Source of the DNA: Elusimicrobiota bacterium | GTDB taxonomy: Bacteria; Elusimicrobiota; Elusimicrobia; UBA1565 | Direction of reading: 5' to 3' | NCBI GenBank assembly: GCA_043819795.1 | Contig: JBDREN010000221.1 | Span: 1 to 13,400, forward strand | Length of the DNA: 13,400 nucleotides | Shown here: in pieces, positions 1-6,615 of the stretch | Layout of the letters: the number at the start of each line of letters is the position of its first letter | Position numbering within the stretch: position 1 is the stretch's first letter | Notes under the pieces: model-generated | What the model was told of the DNA's origin: nothing | The model's input: only the letters and a program-made list of their open reading frames with translations | The model's database searches: none | Translations under genes and position numbers: made by a program

Positions 1-1166
1 CCCAGCGCCGCCAGCAGGGCCGTCGCAGCGGCGACGAGGCCTGCCGGGGGGTCGAAGGGAAGCGGCACGCGGGCCGCGGCGGGCAAAGCGATGACGCAGG
101 CCGCCAGCAGCAGACCCCCGAGCGCCGTGCCGAAGCCGCGCACCCACCGGTCGAGGCCGCGGTCGGTCTCCAGCGTGCCCAGCAGCCGGGCGCCGAGAAT
201 CGCCTGGTGGGCGAAGACGGGCAGGATGTAGGTGATCAGCTTCGAGCTCGAAGCCGAGAAGAACAGGAACACGAGCGCCGCCCAGAGGCTCAGCTGCCGG
301 TCGCGGGGGTCGGAGCGTCTCCAGGCGAGCAGCGGAGCGAGGACCGCGGTGAGGATCAGCGGGGTCCACGGCATGGTCCCGACCAGCTCCACGCCGATGA
401 AGTAGTACCACGGGCCGGGCCGGTTGTACTTGGACGTCAGGAATCGCTGGAAATGCTGCTCGATCACGAAGACGTGGAAGAATCCCGGGTTCTGCCGCTC
501 CATGGCCGCGAACCAGGAGCCGATGACGATGAAGAATACGGGTAGCCCCCAGTTGAGGAACAGGGGCCTGAGCCCCTTGCGCAGCCCGGGGAAGAGGACG
601 ATCAGGCCCGCGGTCCATACGCACGGGAGCAGCACCCCTATGAGGCCCTTGGAGAGGAAAGCGCCCGCCATCGCGATCCAGGCCAGCGCGCCCGCCCAGC
701 GCCCGTCTTCGGGACGGCGCAGGCAGCGCAGGATGAGCCCCGTCGCCCAGAGGAGGGCCACGCTGAGGGCCATGTCGGGGGTGATCACGTGGGACAAGGC
801 GTAGTACTCGGCGCAGGTCCCGAGCAGGATGGCCGAGCTCATGCCCACAGCGGGCGAGTAGAGCCACGAGCCGAGCCACCACGCCCCCAGCATCCCGAGC
901 ACGGCCAGCAGAGCCAGCGGAATACGGGCGGCGGCCTCGCCGACTCCGAAGATCCTATAGGAAGCGGCCCCGAGCCAGTAGATCAAAGGGGGCTTCTCGA
1001 CGTAGTCCACGTAGTTGAGGCTCGGGGTCAGCCAGTCCCCGCTTTCGACCATCTCTCGGGGGATCTCGGCGTAGCGGGCGTCGTCGACCTCCCAGAGCGG
1101 ATGACCGAGGTCCCAGAAGGGGGTGGTGAGGACGACGGCGAAGACCAGCGGGAGCAGACGTTTCAA
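1..1166 (-). CDS. ArnT/PMT_2 (GT39/GT83-like) lipid-carrier-dependent glycosyltransferase, 3' end runs off the window
   Basis: Not in the ORF track; translated by hand from TTG at 1166-1164: MKRLLPLVFAVVLTTPFWDLGHPLWEVDDARYAEIPREMVESGDWLTPSLNYVDYVEKPPLIYWL...AARIP...PDM...LSKGLIG...HFQRF...PWYYF...SKLITYILP. The D-x-x-RY-EI-REM, EKPP, KG and SKL-TYILP motifs plus many hydrophobic helices are typical of ArnT-like enzymes. The TTG overlaps the upstream TGA (TTGA, 1163-1166). Confidence 0.9.
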   Translation of the reverse strand, partial: MKRLLPLVFAVVLTTPFWDLGHPLWEVDDARYAEIPREMVESGDWLTPSLNYVDYVEKPPLIYWLGAASYRIFGVGEAAARIPLALLAVLGMLGAWWLGSWLYSPAVGMSSAILLGTCAEYYALSHVITPDMALSVALLWATGLILRCLRRPEDGRWAGALAWIAMAGAFLSKGLIGVLLPCVWTAGLIVLFPGLRKGLRPLFLNWGLPVFFIVIGSWFAAMERQNPGFFHVFVIEQHFQRFLTSKYNRPGPWYYFIGVELVGTMPWTPLILTAVLAPLLAWRRSDPRDRQLSLWAALVFLFFSASSSKLITYILPVFAHQAILGARLLGTLETDRGLDRWVRGFGTALGGLLLAACVIALPAAARVPLPFDPPAGLVAAATALLAAL

Positions 1167-2200
1167 ACCTTCAGGACCACCTTGCCGAACTGCCGCCGGG
1201 CGGCCAGGTATTCGTGCGCCTGGCGGGCCTCGGCCAGGGGGAATGTCCGGTCCACGACCGGCTTGAGCTTCCCCTCACGGAAGAGGCCGACGACCTCCCG
1301 GAGTTGCTCGAAGGGCCCCATCTTTGCGCCGAGGATCTGAAGCTCCCGGAAGAATACGTAGCGCAGGTCCGCCTCGACCTTCGCCCCTCCCGTGGCCCCG
1401 CAGGTGACGAGGCGACCGGCAGGAGCGAGGCATCTCACGGCTTCCTGGAACAGCGGCGCGCCCACGTGCTCGAATACGATGTCGACGCCCTTGCCCCCGG
1501 TGAGCCTCTTCGTCTTGCGCAGCGCGCTCTCCGAGGGGGTATGGAGGGTCTCGTCGGCGCCGAGCTCCTTGGCGGCGGCGAGCTTCTCCTCCGATGTGGA
1601 GGCGGCGATCACGCGCGCGCCCAGGGCCTTGGCGATCTGGATCGCGGCGACGCCCACGCCGCTGCCCGCCCCGAGAACGAGGACGGACTCCTCCGGACGC
1701 GCGCGGGCGAGGTGCTTGAGCATGTGCCACGCGGTGAGGAACGTGAGCGGGATGCTGGCCGCGCGCTCGAAGCTCATTGCCTCGGGCGCGGGCAGGAGGT
1801 TCCGGGCCGGCACCACGGCGAGCTCCGCGTAGCCTCCCCAGCCCCCGTCGGCTCCCAGGATGGCGTAGCGCTCGCAGAGGTGGTCCCGGCCGGACCGGCA
1901 CCACCGGCATTTCCAGCAGGAGACGCCCGGCGAGACGATGACCGCCGCTCCGGGCGAGGCCTGCCCAGAGCCCGCGCCGGGGCCGACGGCGACGACTTCC
2001 CCGGCGATGTCGTTGCCGAGGACGTGCGGCAGCTTGATCCTGTAGGCGGGGTTCCCCTCCCGGACCCAGACGTCCAGGTGGTTGAGCGCGCAGGCGCGGA
2101 CGCGGACGAGGGCCTCTCCCGGTCCGGGGGCGGGGTCGGGAAGCTCGCCGTAGACCAGGCTTTCCGGACCGCCGAAGCGGTCGAGCCGTGCGGCTTTCAT
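1163..2200 (-). CDS. Zinc-binding alcohol dehydrogenase / quinone oxidoreductase (MDR superfamily)
   Basis: 345 aa. N-terminal GroES-like domain (GGPESL...PGPGEALVRVRACALNHLD), structural Zn cluster CWKCRWC-x7-C, nucleotide-binding GAGSGVG, C-terminal FGKVVL. The catalytic GHE motif is replaced by GND, as in QOR-like MDR subfamilies. Confidence 0.93.
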   Translation of the reverse strand: MKAARLDRFGGPESLVYGELPDPAPGPGEALVRVRACALNHLDVWVREGNPAYRIKLPHVLGNDIAGEVVAVGPGAGSGQASPGAAVIVSPGVSCWKCRWCRSGRDHLCERYAILGADGGWGGYAELAVVPARNLLPAPEAMSFERAASIPLTFLTAWHMLKHLARARPEESVLVLGAGSGVGVAAIQIAKALGARVIAASTSEEKLAAAKELGADETLHTPSESALRKTKRLTGGKGVDIVFEHVGAPLFQEAVRCLAPAGRLVTCGATGGAKVEADLRYVFFRELQILGAKMGPFEQLREVVGLFREGKLKPVVDRTFPLAEARQAHEYLAARRQFGKVVLKV

Positions 2201-2292
2201 GTCGCCGGCGCCCCCCGTGTCGGCATCCCCCGTGTCGGCATCCCCCCCACGGGGGGATGCCTAAGTAGGGGGGCATGCCTCTCAAGCTTCAT
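2197..2292 (-). CDS. Putative mini-ORF C (31 aa, MKLERHAPLLRHPPVGGMPTRGMPTRGAPAT)
   Basis: ATG at 2292 lies inside the 42-bp repeat; its TGA (2199-2197) overlaps the MDR ATG (2200-2198) as ATGA. No homology evidence. Confidence 0.3.
   Translation of the reverse strand: MKLERHAPLLRHPPVGGMPTRGMPTRGAPAT
2212..2246. repeat. 15-bp tandem repeat CCCCCGTGTCGGCAT x2 plus a partial third copy
   Basis: Exact copies at 2212-2226 and 2227-2241, followed by CCCCC. Confidence 0.9.
2237..2261. repeat. Perfect 11-bp inverted repeat (REP-like hairpin)
   Basis: GGCATCCCCCC-CAC-GGGGGGATGCC. Confidence 0.88.
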
Positions 2293-2359
2293 GAGAGCGC
2301 GGTCCTCTGCCCATGCCGGGATGCCTAAGTAGGGGGGCATGCCTCTCAAGCTTCATGAG
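2254..2359. repeat. 42-bp exact direct repeat x2, 64-bp period
   Basis: GGGATGCCTAAGTAGGGGGGCATGCCTCTCAAGCTTCATGAG at 2254-2295 and 2318-2359. Degenerate similarity continues after both copies (GCGGTCCTCT vs GCGGTTCTCT). Confidence 0.93.
2282..2356 (-). CDS. Putative mini-ORF B (24 aa, MKLERHAPLLRHPGMGRGPRSHEA)
   Basis: ATG 2356-2354 overlaps the TGA of mini-ORF A (ATGA). It ends at TGA 2284-2282, overlapping the mini-ORF C start by 11 nt. Confidence 0.25.
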   Translation of the reverse strand: MKLERHAPLLRHPGMGRGPRSHEA

Positions 2360-2451
2360 GCTGCGGTTCTCTTCACGGGGGGCGTCACGAACGGGGGCCA
2401 TGGCCTCAATTCCGCGCTAGGGGACCGGACGGCACCGCGCGCCCGCATCAT
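2353..2451 (-). CDS. Putative mini-ORF A (32 aa, MMRARGAVRSPSAELRPWPPFVTPPVKRTAAS)
   Basis: ATG 2451-2449 overlaps the pfpI TGA (ATGA). It ends at TGA 2355-2353. Confidence 0.25.
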   Translation of the reverse strand: MMRARGAVRSPSAELRPWPPFVTPPVKRTAAS

Positions 2452-2966
2452 TCGTGCGCGGCGGCCAAGAAGCGCAGCATCTCCCGGCAGAAGGCGGGCA
2501 GGTCGTCGGGCTTGCGGGCCGTCACGATGTTGCCGTCGACGGAGACCTCCTCGTCCACGTAGTCCGCGCCGGCGTTCACCAGGTCGTCTTTGATCGCGTA
2601 AAAGCAGGTGGCCCTGCGGCCCTTGAGCACGCCGGCCGACACGAGCATCCAGCCCCCGTGGCAGATCGCGGCCGTGAGCTTGCCGGCGGCGCAGACGGAG
2701 CGCACGAACCTCGCCGGTTCGGGGTGGCGGCGCATGAAGTCGGGCGCGAATCCTCCGGGGATGACGACGCCCCGCGTATCCTCGGGCCGGATGTCGGCGT
2801 AAGACGCCTCGGCCTCCGCCGGGTAGCCGGTCTTGCTCTTGTAGGTGCGCCCTTTCTCGCGGCCCAGCAGCACGGCCGGATAGCCGGCCTCCTTGAGGCG
2901 GTAATAGGGGACCCAGACTTCCAGGACCTGATACTGTTCGTCAAGGAGGACGGCTACCGGCTTCAC
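2448..2966 (-). CDS. pfpI: PfpI/DJ-1 family protein (type 1 glutamine amidotransferase-like; protease/deglycase/glyoxalase III)
   Basis: Motifs E-x-x-x-P-YYRLKEAG, IPGGFAPD, nucleophile elbow AAICHG, DGNIVTAR-PDDLPAF. Start reassigned to GTG 2966-2964 (172 aa), which overlaps the dksA TGA (GTGA). Confidence 0.92.
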   Translation of the reverse strand: MKPVAVLLDEQYQVLEVWVPYYRLKEAGYPAVLLGREKGRTYKSKTGYPAEAEASYADIRPEDTRGVVIPGGFAPDFMRRHPEPARFVRSVCAAGKLTAAICHGGWMLVSAGVLKGRRATCFYAIKDDLVNAGADYVDEEVSVDGNIVTARKPDDLPAFCREMLRFLAAAHE

Positions 2967-3499
2967 AGCAGGGTCGCCGACGCCCGCTCGGACGTGTTCT
3001 GGCACTGGATGCAGTAGCGGGCGAACGGCACGGCTTTGATGCGCAGCTTCTCGATCGGCAGACGGCACAGCTCGCAGGCCCCGTAGGTCCCCTTGTCCAT
3101 CTTGCGGAGCGCGCCCTCGATCTGGTCGAGCGTGGTGCGCTCGTTGTCGGAGAGCTCGAACTGGAGTTCCCGCTCGATCGAGAGCCCCGCCTGGTCGGCC
3201 TCGTCCCCGACGTCCCGCTCCACCTCCTGGCGCTGGGTGCGCCGCATGATGTCGAGCACCTGCTCCCGCTGCTCGACGAGCTTCTTGCGGATCGTAATGA
3301 GATCGCTCTTTCGGATGCCGCCTCGGGCCAGAGCCCTCTTGAGCGGGGGCGCCGCCGCGGGAACTGGGGCGGTCTTCTGGGTCTTCTTCTTCGCGGGCTT
3401 CTTTTGGGCCTTCTTTTTCCGGGCTCCGGCCTTTCCCCCCGCCGTGCGCTTGGCCTTTGGTCGCGTCTTCGTTTTCGGTTTTCTCTTCGCTTTCTTCAT
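2963..3499 (-). CDS. dksA: DksA/TraR family C4 zinc-finger transcription factor with Lys-rich N-terminal extension
   Basis: Coiled-coil tip DEADQA (DxxDxA), ALRKMDKGTYGACELC...I...R..AVPFARYCIQC. GAGAGGG SD-like sequence upstream of the ATG. Confidence 0.9.
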   Translation of the reverse strand: MKKAKRKPKTKTRPKAKRTAGGKAGARKKKAQKKPAKKKTQKTAPVPAAAPPLKRALARGGIRKSDLITIRKKLVEQREQVLDIMRRTQRQEVERDVGDEADQAGLSIERELQFELSDNERTTLDQIEGALRKMDKGTYGACELCRLPIEKLRIKAVPFARYCIQCQNTSERASATLL

Positions 3500-3530
3500 G
3501 GGACCGCCCTCTCTAGGAAATGTGGGTTAT

Positions 3531-3558
3531 AGTGTAACGAGATTCTTCCATCTGTCAA
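3531..3558 (-). promoter_or_regulatory. Sigma70-type promoter for the dksA operon
   Basis: TTGACA (3558-3553), 16-nt spacer, TACACT (3536-3531), in an AT-rich island about 30 nt upstream of the dksA ATG. Confidence 0.65.
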
Positions 3559-3650
3559 TATGTAAATTTAGGCGCCGCCAGGAAGGTCCGCGGCATGGCG
3601 ACGACAATGACACTCTCTTGCGACGGGATGACTGATAACGCAGGAAAGCA

Positions 3651-3677
3651 AGCGCCGCGGGGCAAGCCCGCGGCGCT
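3651..3677 (-). terminator. GC-rich hairpin, probable intrinsic terminator (or REP-like element)
   Basis: AGCGCCGCGGG-CTTGC-CCCGCGGCGCT (11-bp perfect stem) starts 3 nt after the stop at 3681 and is followed by only a weak T tract (TGCTTTCC). Confidence 0.55.
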
Positions 3678-3680
3678 GAC

Positions 3681-5303
3681 TCAGGCATCCGGCTTCTTAA
3701 GGAGGTTTTGGAAGGTGGCCGACAGCATGCTGATCATTTCGTCCTTCTTGCGCAGCGTCGCGTCGAGCTCCTCGCGCTCCTTGTCCCATCCCGAGGAGCT
3801 CTTCTCGACCGCATCCTTCTCGCGCAGGGCCCGGCTCATGTGCTCGCTGAGGGTCTGGATCCGGGCGCGCAGCTCCGAGACGGTCTCCTCGGCGCGCAGG
3901 CGATTCTCGCGCTCGTCGTTGAGGAGCTTCTGGTGCTCGACGATCCTCCCCTCCCAGCCCTTGTCGGACTCCATGCGCCCCTCGACCTGCCGCCTGACCT
4001 TTTCCGCCTCTTCGGCCAGGGCCGTCACTAGGCTGTCCCGTTCGGCGGCCAGGGAATGGAAGCGATCCTCCTTCTGCTGGACCTCGCTCTTGGAGAGATC
4101 GATCCGCGCCTTGAGCGCCTCGACCGTGTTTTCGAGGGAGCCGATGTGCTCCTTGAGTTTCTGGCGCTTCGCCCGCTCGACCTCGAGCTGCCGGTTGAGG
4201 TCCATGAGGCTTTCGCCCATGCCGCGCTCGACCTCCCGGCGCTCGAGGGTGTAGGCGCGGAGCTGCTCGGTGCGCTGGTTGAGGGCGGCCATGAGGTCGC
4301 GCTTCTCGGCCTCGATCTCCTGGATCATCTGGTCTTTGGCCTTCGCCGGCCGCGTCAGGATCGCGTGGACCTTCTTGGCGAGCTCCTGGAGCTGCCCGAG
4401 GACGTCGGCCGCCCCGGTCTGGCGCTCGGCGAGCGCTCCGAACGACGCCTTCAGCTCGGCGATCTGGTCGTTGAACTGGGTCTCGAGCGCGATGCGCTCC
4501 TTGGTGTATTCGTGGCGGACGCGGTGATGCCGCTCCTCGATGGCCTCCTGGAGCGCCTCGCGGTCGCCGGTCATGGCCGTGAGCCGCTCCTGGTGAGCGT
4601 GAAGCTCACCCGCGAGCCGGCGGTCGATGGCGCCGAGGCGCTCGAGCAGGCTCTCGCCGAGGCGGTCGGCCATGCCGCGCAGCTCCTCGCGCACGGCCTG
4701 GCTCTCGGCCTCGCGGCGCTTCACGGCCGCCGGGACGGATTCGCGCAGCTCGGCCATGCCGTCGGCGACGTCCGAGACCGGCGAGACGTCCTCGCGCAGC
4801 CGCGAGAGGCCTTCCTTCAGGAGGCGCAGCTCCTGCCGGAACGCGGCGAGGTCCTCCGAGACGGCGCGGATCGGCGGGGCGAGCGATTCGCGGCCCGCCT
4901 CCTGCCGCTCCATGGCGTCCTTGAGCATCCCCGCCCAGCTCTTGTGCATCTCGTCGAGACGGCGCTCCAGGGACTCGACGCGCCCGTGCGACTGCTGCTT
5001 CTCCTCCTCCAGGTCCCGGACGGTCTTCTCCTGGCGCAGCTGCTCGCTGATCTTCTTGAGCTGGCTTTCCACCTCGCCGCGCAGGGACTCCTGCTGCTTG
5101 AGCAGGCCTTCGGAGGCCAGCGCGCGCTCCCGCTCCTTGATGATCTCGCGCTCCATGATCTCCATGCGCTGGCGCATGTACTCCATGAGCGCGCTCTCCT
5201 CCTTGTGGATGAGCCCCGCGGCCGGCGGCGCGGGGGGGCGCGGGGCCCCGGGCCGCGGCGGGAGCGGCCGCTTCGGGGGCTCGGGGGGGCGGTCTTCGCT
5301 CAT
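3681..5303 (-). CDS. Long coiled-coil protein of unknown function with Pro-rich N-terminus
   Basis: 540 aa, E/R/L/K/Q-rich heptads over nearly the whole length. No signal peptide, TM segment or Walker A motif. GAGGTG SD upstream; begins 7 nt after the porV-like stop. Confidence 0.85.
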   Translation of the reverse strand: MSEDRPPEPPKRPLPPRPGAPRPPAPPAAGLIHKEESALMEYMRQRMEIMEREIIKERERALASEGLLKQQESLRGEVESQLKKISEQLRQEKTVRDLEEEKQQSHGRVESLERRLDEMHKSWAGMLKDAMERQEAGRESLAPPIRAVSEDLAAFRQELRLLKEGLSRLREDVSPVSDVADGMAELRESVPAAVKRREAESQAVREELRGMADRLGESLLERLGAIDRRLAGELHAHQERLTAMTGDREALQEAIEERHHRVRHEYTKERIALETQFNDQIAELKASFGALAERQTGAADVLGQLQELAKKVHAILTRPAKAKDQMIQEIEAEKRDLMAALNQRTEQLRAYTLERREVERGMGESLMDLNRQLEVERAKRQKLKEHIGSLENTVEALKARIDLSKSEVQQKEDRFHSLAAERDSLVTALAEEAEKVRRQVEGRMESDKGWEGRIVEHQKLLNDERENRLRAEETVSELRARIQTLSEHMSRALREKDAVEKSSSGWDKEREELDATLRKKDEMISMLSATFQNLLKKPDA

Positions 5304-5310
5304 GGGCCGC

Positions 5311-6360
5311 TCACCTCGGGCGCAGCCGCCGGGAGTGCTTGGCCGGCAGGTTCCAGCTGACGGAGAATCGGTGGGCGTTGCCCAGCAGGCCGAACGGGAC
5401 GAAGGCGTAGTCGAAGGTGATGTCCCTCGCCTTGACGCCGAAGCCGAGAGTCACGCCGCGCAGGCCGTCGAGGCCGCTGAAGAGGCTTCGCGAGTTGAAT
5501 CCGCCGCGCAGGAACGCGATGAGCTTGTCCGTGGGGTTCAGGGAGACCTCGACGCCCGCCGCGCCGTAGGGGTGGTTCGAGATCGGGAACACGGCCTCCA
5601 GGGCGACGAGGACGGAGGGCTTCGGGTTGATGGAGCTCCCGAGACGCGCGCGGAACGGCAGGTTGTCCCGCACGGCGTCGAACTTCTGCCCCTGGCCGAT
5701 GTTCTGCAGCACGAGCCCGAAGTGGTACGGGAGGTAGACGTCCGTGTAGTGGGCCTGGATGCCCACGTCCCCCGAGAAGCCGTCGGCGTGGGCGACGAGG
5801 TCGGAGTGGAAGTAGCGCCCCCCGATCCCCATCGAGACTTCGCGCTCGGCGTCGCTGAGGTCCGTGATGCTCTGGCCCCAGCCCACCTCGTAGACGTAGT
5901 TGCGCGGATGGAAGGTCCCGATGGTGTTGCCGTTGATGTCGGTGTTCGTGATCTCGCCGACGTCCATGTAGCGTATGGCGGCCCCGAAGACGGACGTGTC
6001 GGTGGCGCGCTGGGCGTAGGTGAAGTGCTGCATCCGTATCCCGGCGAAGTACTCGTTGTGCATCGCGGCGGCCGAGATGCGGGGGATCGAGCTCAGCCCG
6101 GCGGGGTTCCAGTACAGGGCGTAGGCGTCCGCGGTGACGGCCGAGAAGGCCCCTCCCATCGCGATGCCGCGCGCGTCCACGTCGATGTTGAGGAACTCGG
6201 ATCCCGCCGTGCCGACGGCGTGCGAGCCGAAATCGGAGCCCCGCGCCCAAGGCGCCGCGAGGAACAGCGCCGCGGCGGCGATCCGGCAGGACCACCCCGC
6301 TCGCCCTCGCTCGCGGGGCCCAGGAGCGGAGGGCTTCCGTCCCGCTCGCATCCCCATCAT
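5311..6360 (-). CDS. PorV/PorQ (UPF0164, FadL-like) outer-membrane beta-barrel protein
   Basis: Signal-peptide-like RIAAAALFLAAPWARG, then the family signature FLNIDVDARGIAMGGAFSAVTADAYALYWNPAGL, alternating beta-strands and C-terminal DYAFVPFGLLGNAHRFSVSW. Start set at ATG 6360 (349 aa), an ATGA overlap with the upstream gene; ATGs at 6357 and 6351 are alternatives. Confidence 0.87.
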   Translation of the reverse strand: MMGMRAGRKPSAPGPRERGRAGWSCRIAAAALFLAAPWARGSDFGSHAVGTAGSEFLNIDVDARGIAMGGAFSAVTADAYALYWNPAGLSSIPRISAAAMHNEYFAGIRMQHFTYAQRATDTSVFGAAIRYMDVGEITNTDINGNTIGTFHPRNYVYEVGWGQSITDLSDAEREVSMGIGGRYFHSDLVAHADGFSGDVGIQAHYTDVYLPYHFGLVLQNIGQGQKFDAVRDNLPFRARLGSSINPKPSVLVALEAVFPISNHPYGAAGVEVSLNPTDKLIAFLRGGFNSRSLFSGLDGLRGVTLGFGVKARDITFDYAFVPFGLLGNAHRFSVSWNLPAKHSRRLRPR

Positions 6361-6615
6361 CGCACCACCGCCAGCTTCACCGTGTTCGTCGTGTCGCCGG
6401 ATTGGACCACCGCGATGTAGAGGCCGCTCGCGACCGGCCTCCCGACTTGGTTCGTGGCGTTCCATGTGAGCAGGCCCGACGCGTTCGCGTTGCGGTCGAA
6501 TACCTCCTCGCCGTGCACTGTGTAGACGCGCACGCGGGCGCCCGACGGCATCCGGTCGAACGTGAAATATCCCTGGGTGCGGGTGTAGAGCGGGTTCGGG
6601 AAGACCCGGGCGGCC
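6357..6615 (-). other. T9SS type A-like / FlgD-Ig C-terminal sorting domain
   Basis: Matches the (Y/F)PNP, IY-x-x-x-G-x-x-V, SG-x-Y and K-hydrophobic terminal motifs of Por secretion tail domains. Confidence 0.75.

Noticed and set aside
1..1166. Assigning the symbol arnT (L-Ara4N transferase)
   Set aside because: Family membership is clear, but donor and acceptor cannot be determined and no arn biosynthesis genes are visible in the window.
2254..2359. Mini CRISPR array (42-bp repeats with a 22-nt spacer)
   Set aside because: Only two copies, the spacer is short and resembles the sequence after the second copy (so a 64-bp tandem duplication), there is no AT-rich leader, and no cas genes are in the window.
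2967..3068. 206-aa version of PfpI
   Set aside because: The extension overlaps the dksA zinc finger; family similarity starts at the GTG at 2966.
3651..3677. IS200/IS605 end or other mobile-element terminus
   Set aside because: A single hairpin directly after a stop codon with no transposase nearby; a terminator is the simpler explanation.
3681..5303. SMC/SbcC chromosome segregation ATPase
   Set aside because: No Walker A/B or signature motifs, no hinge, and too short.
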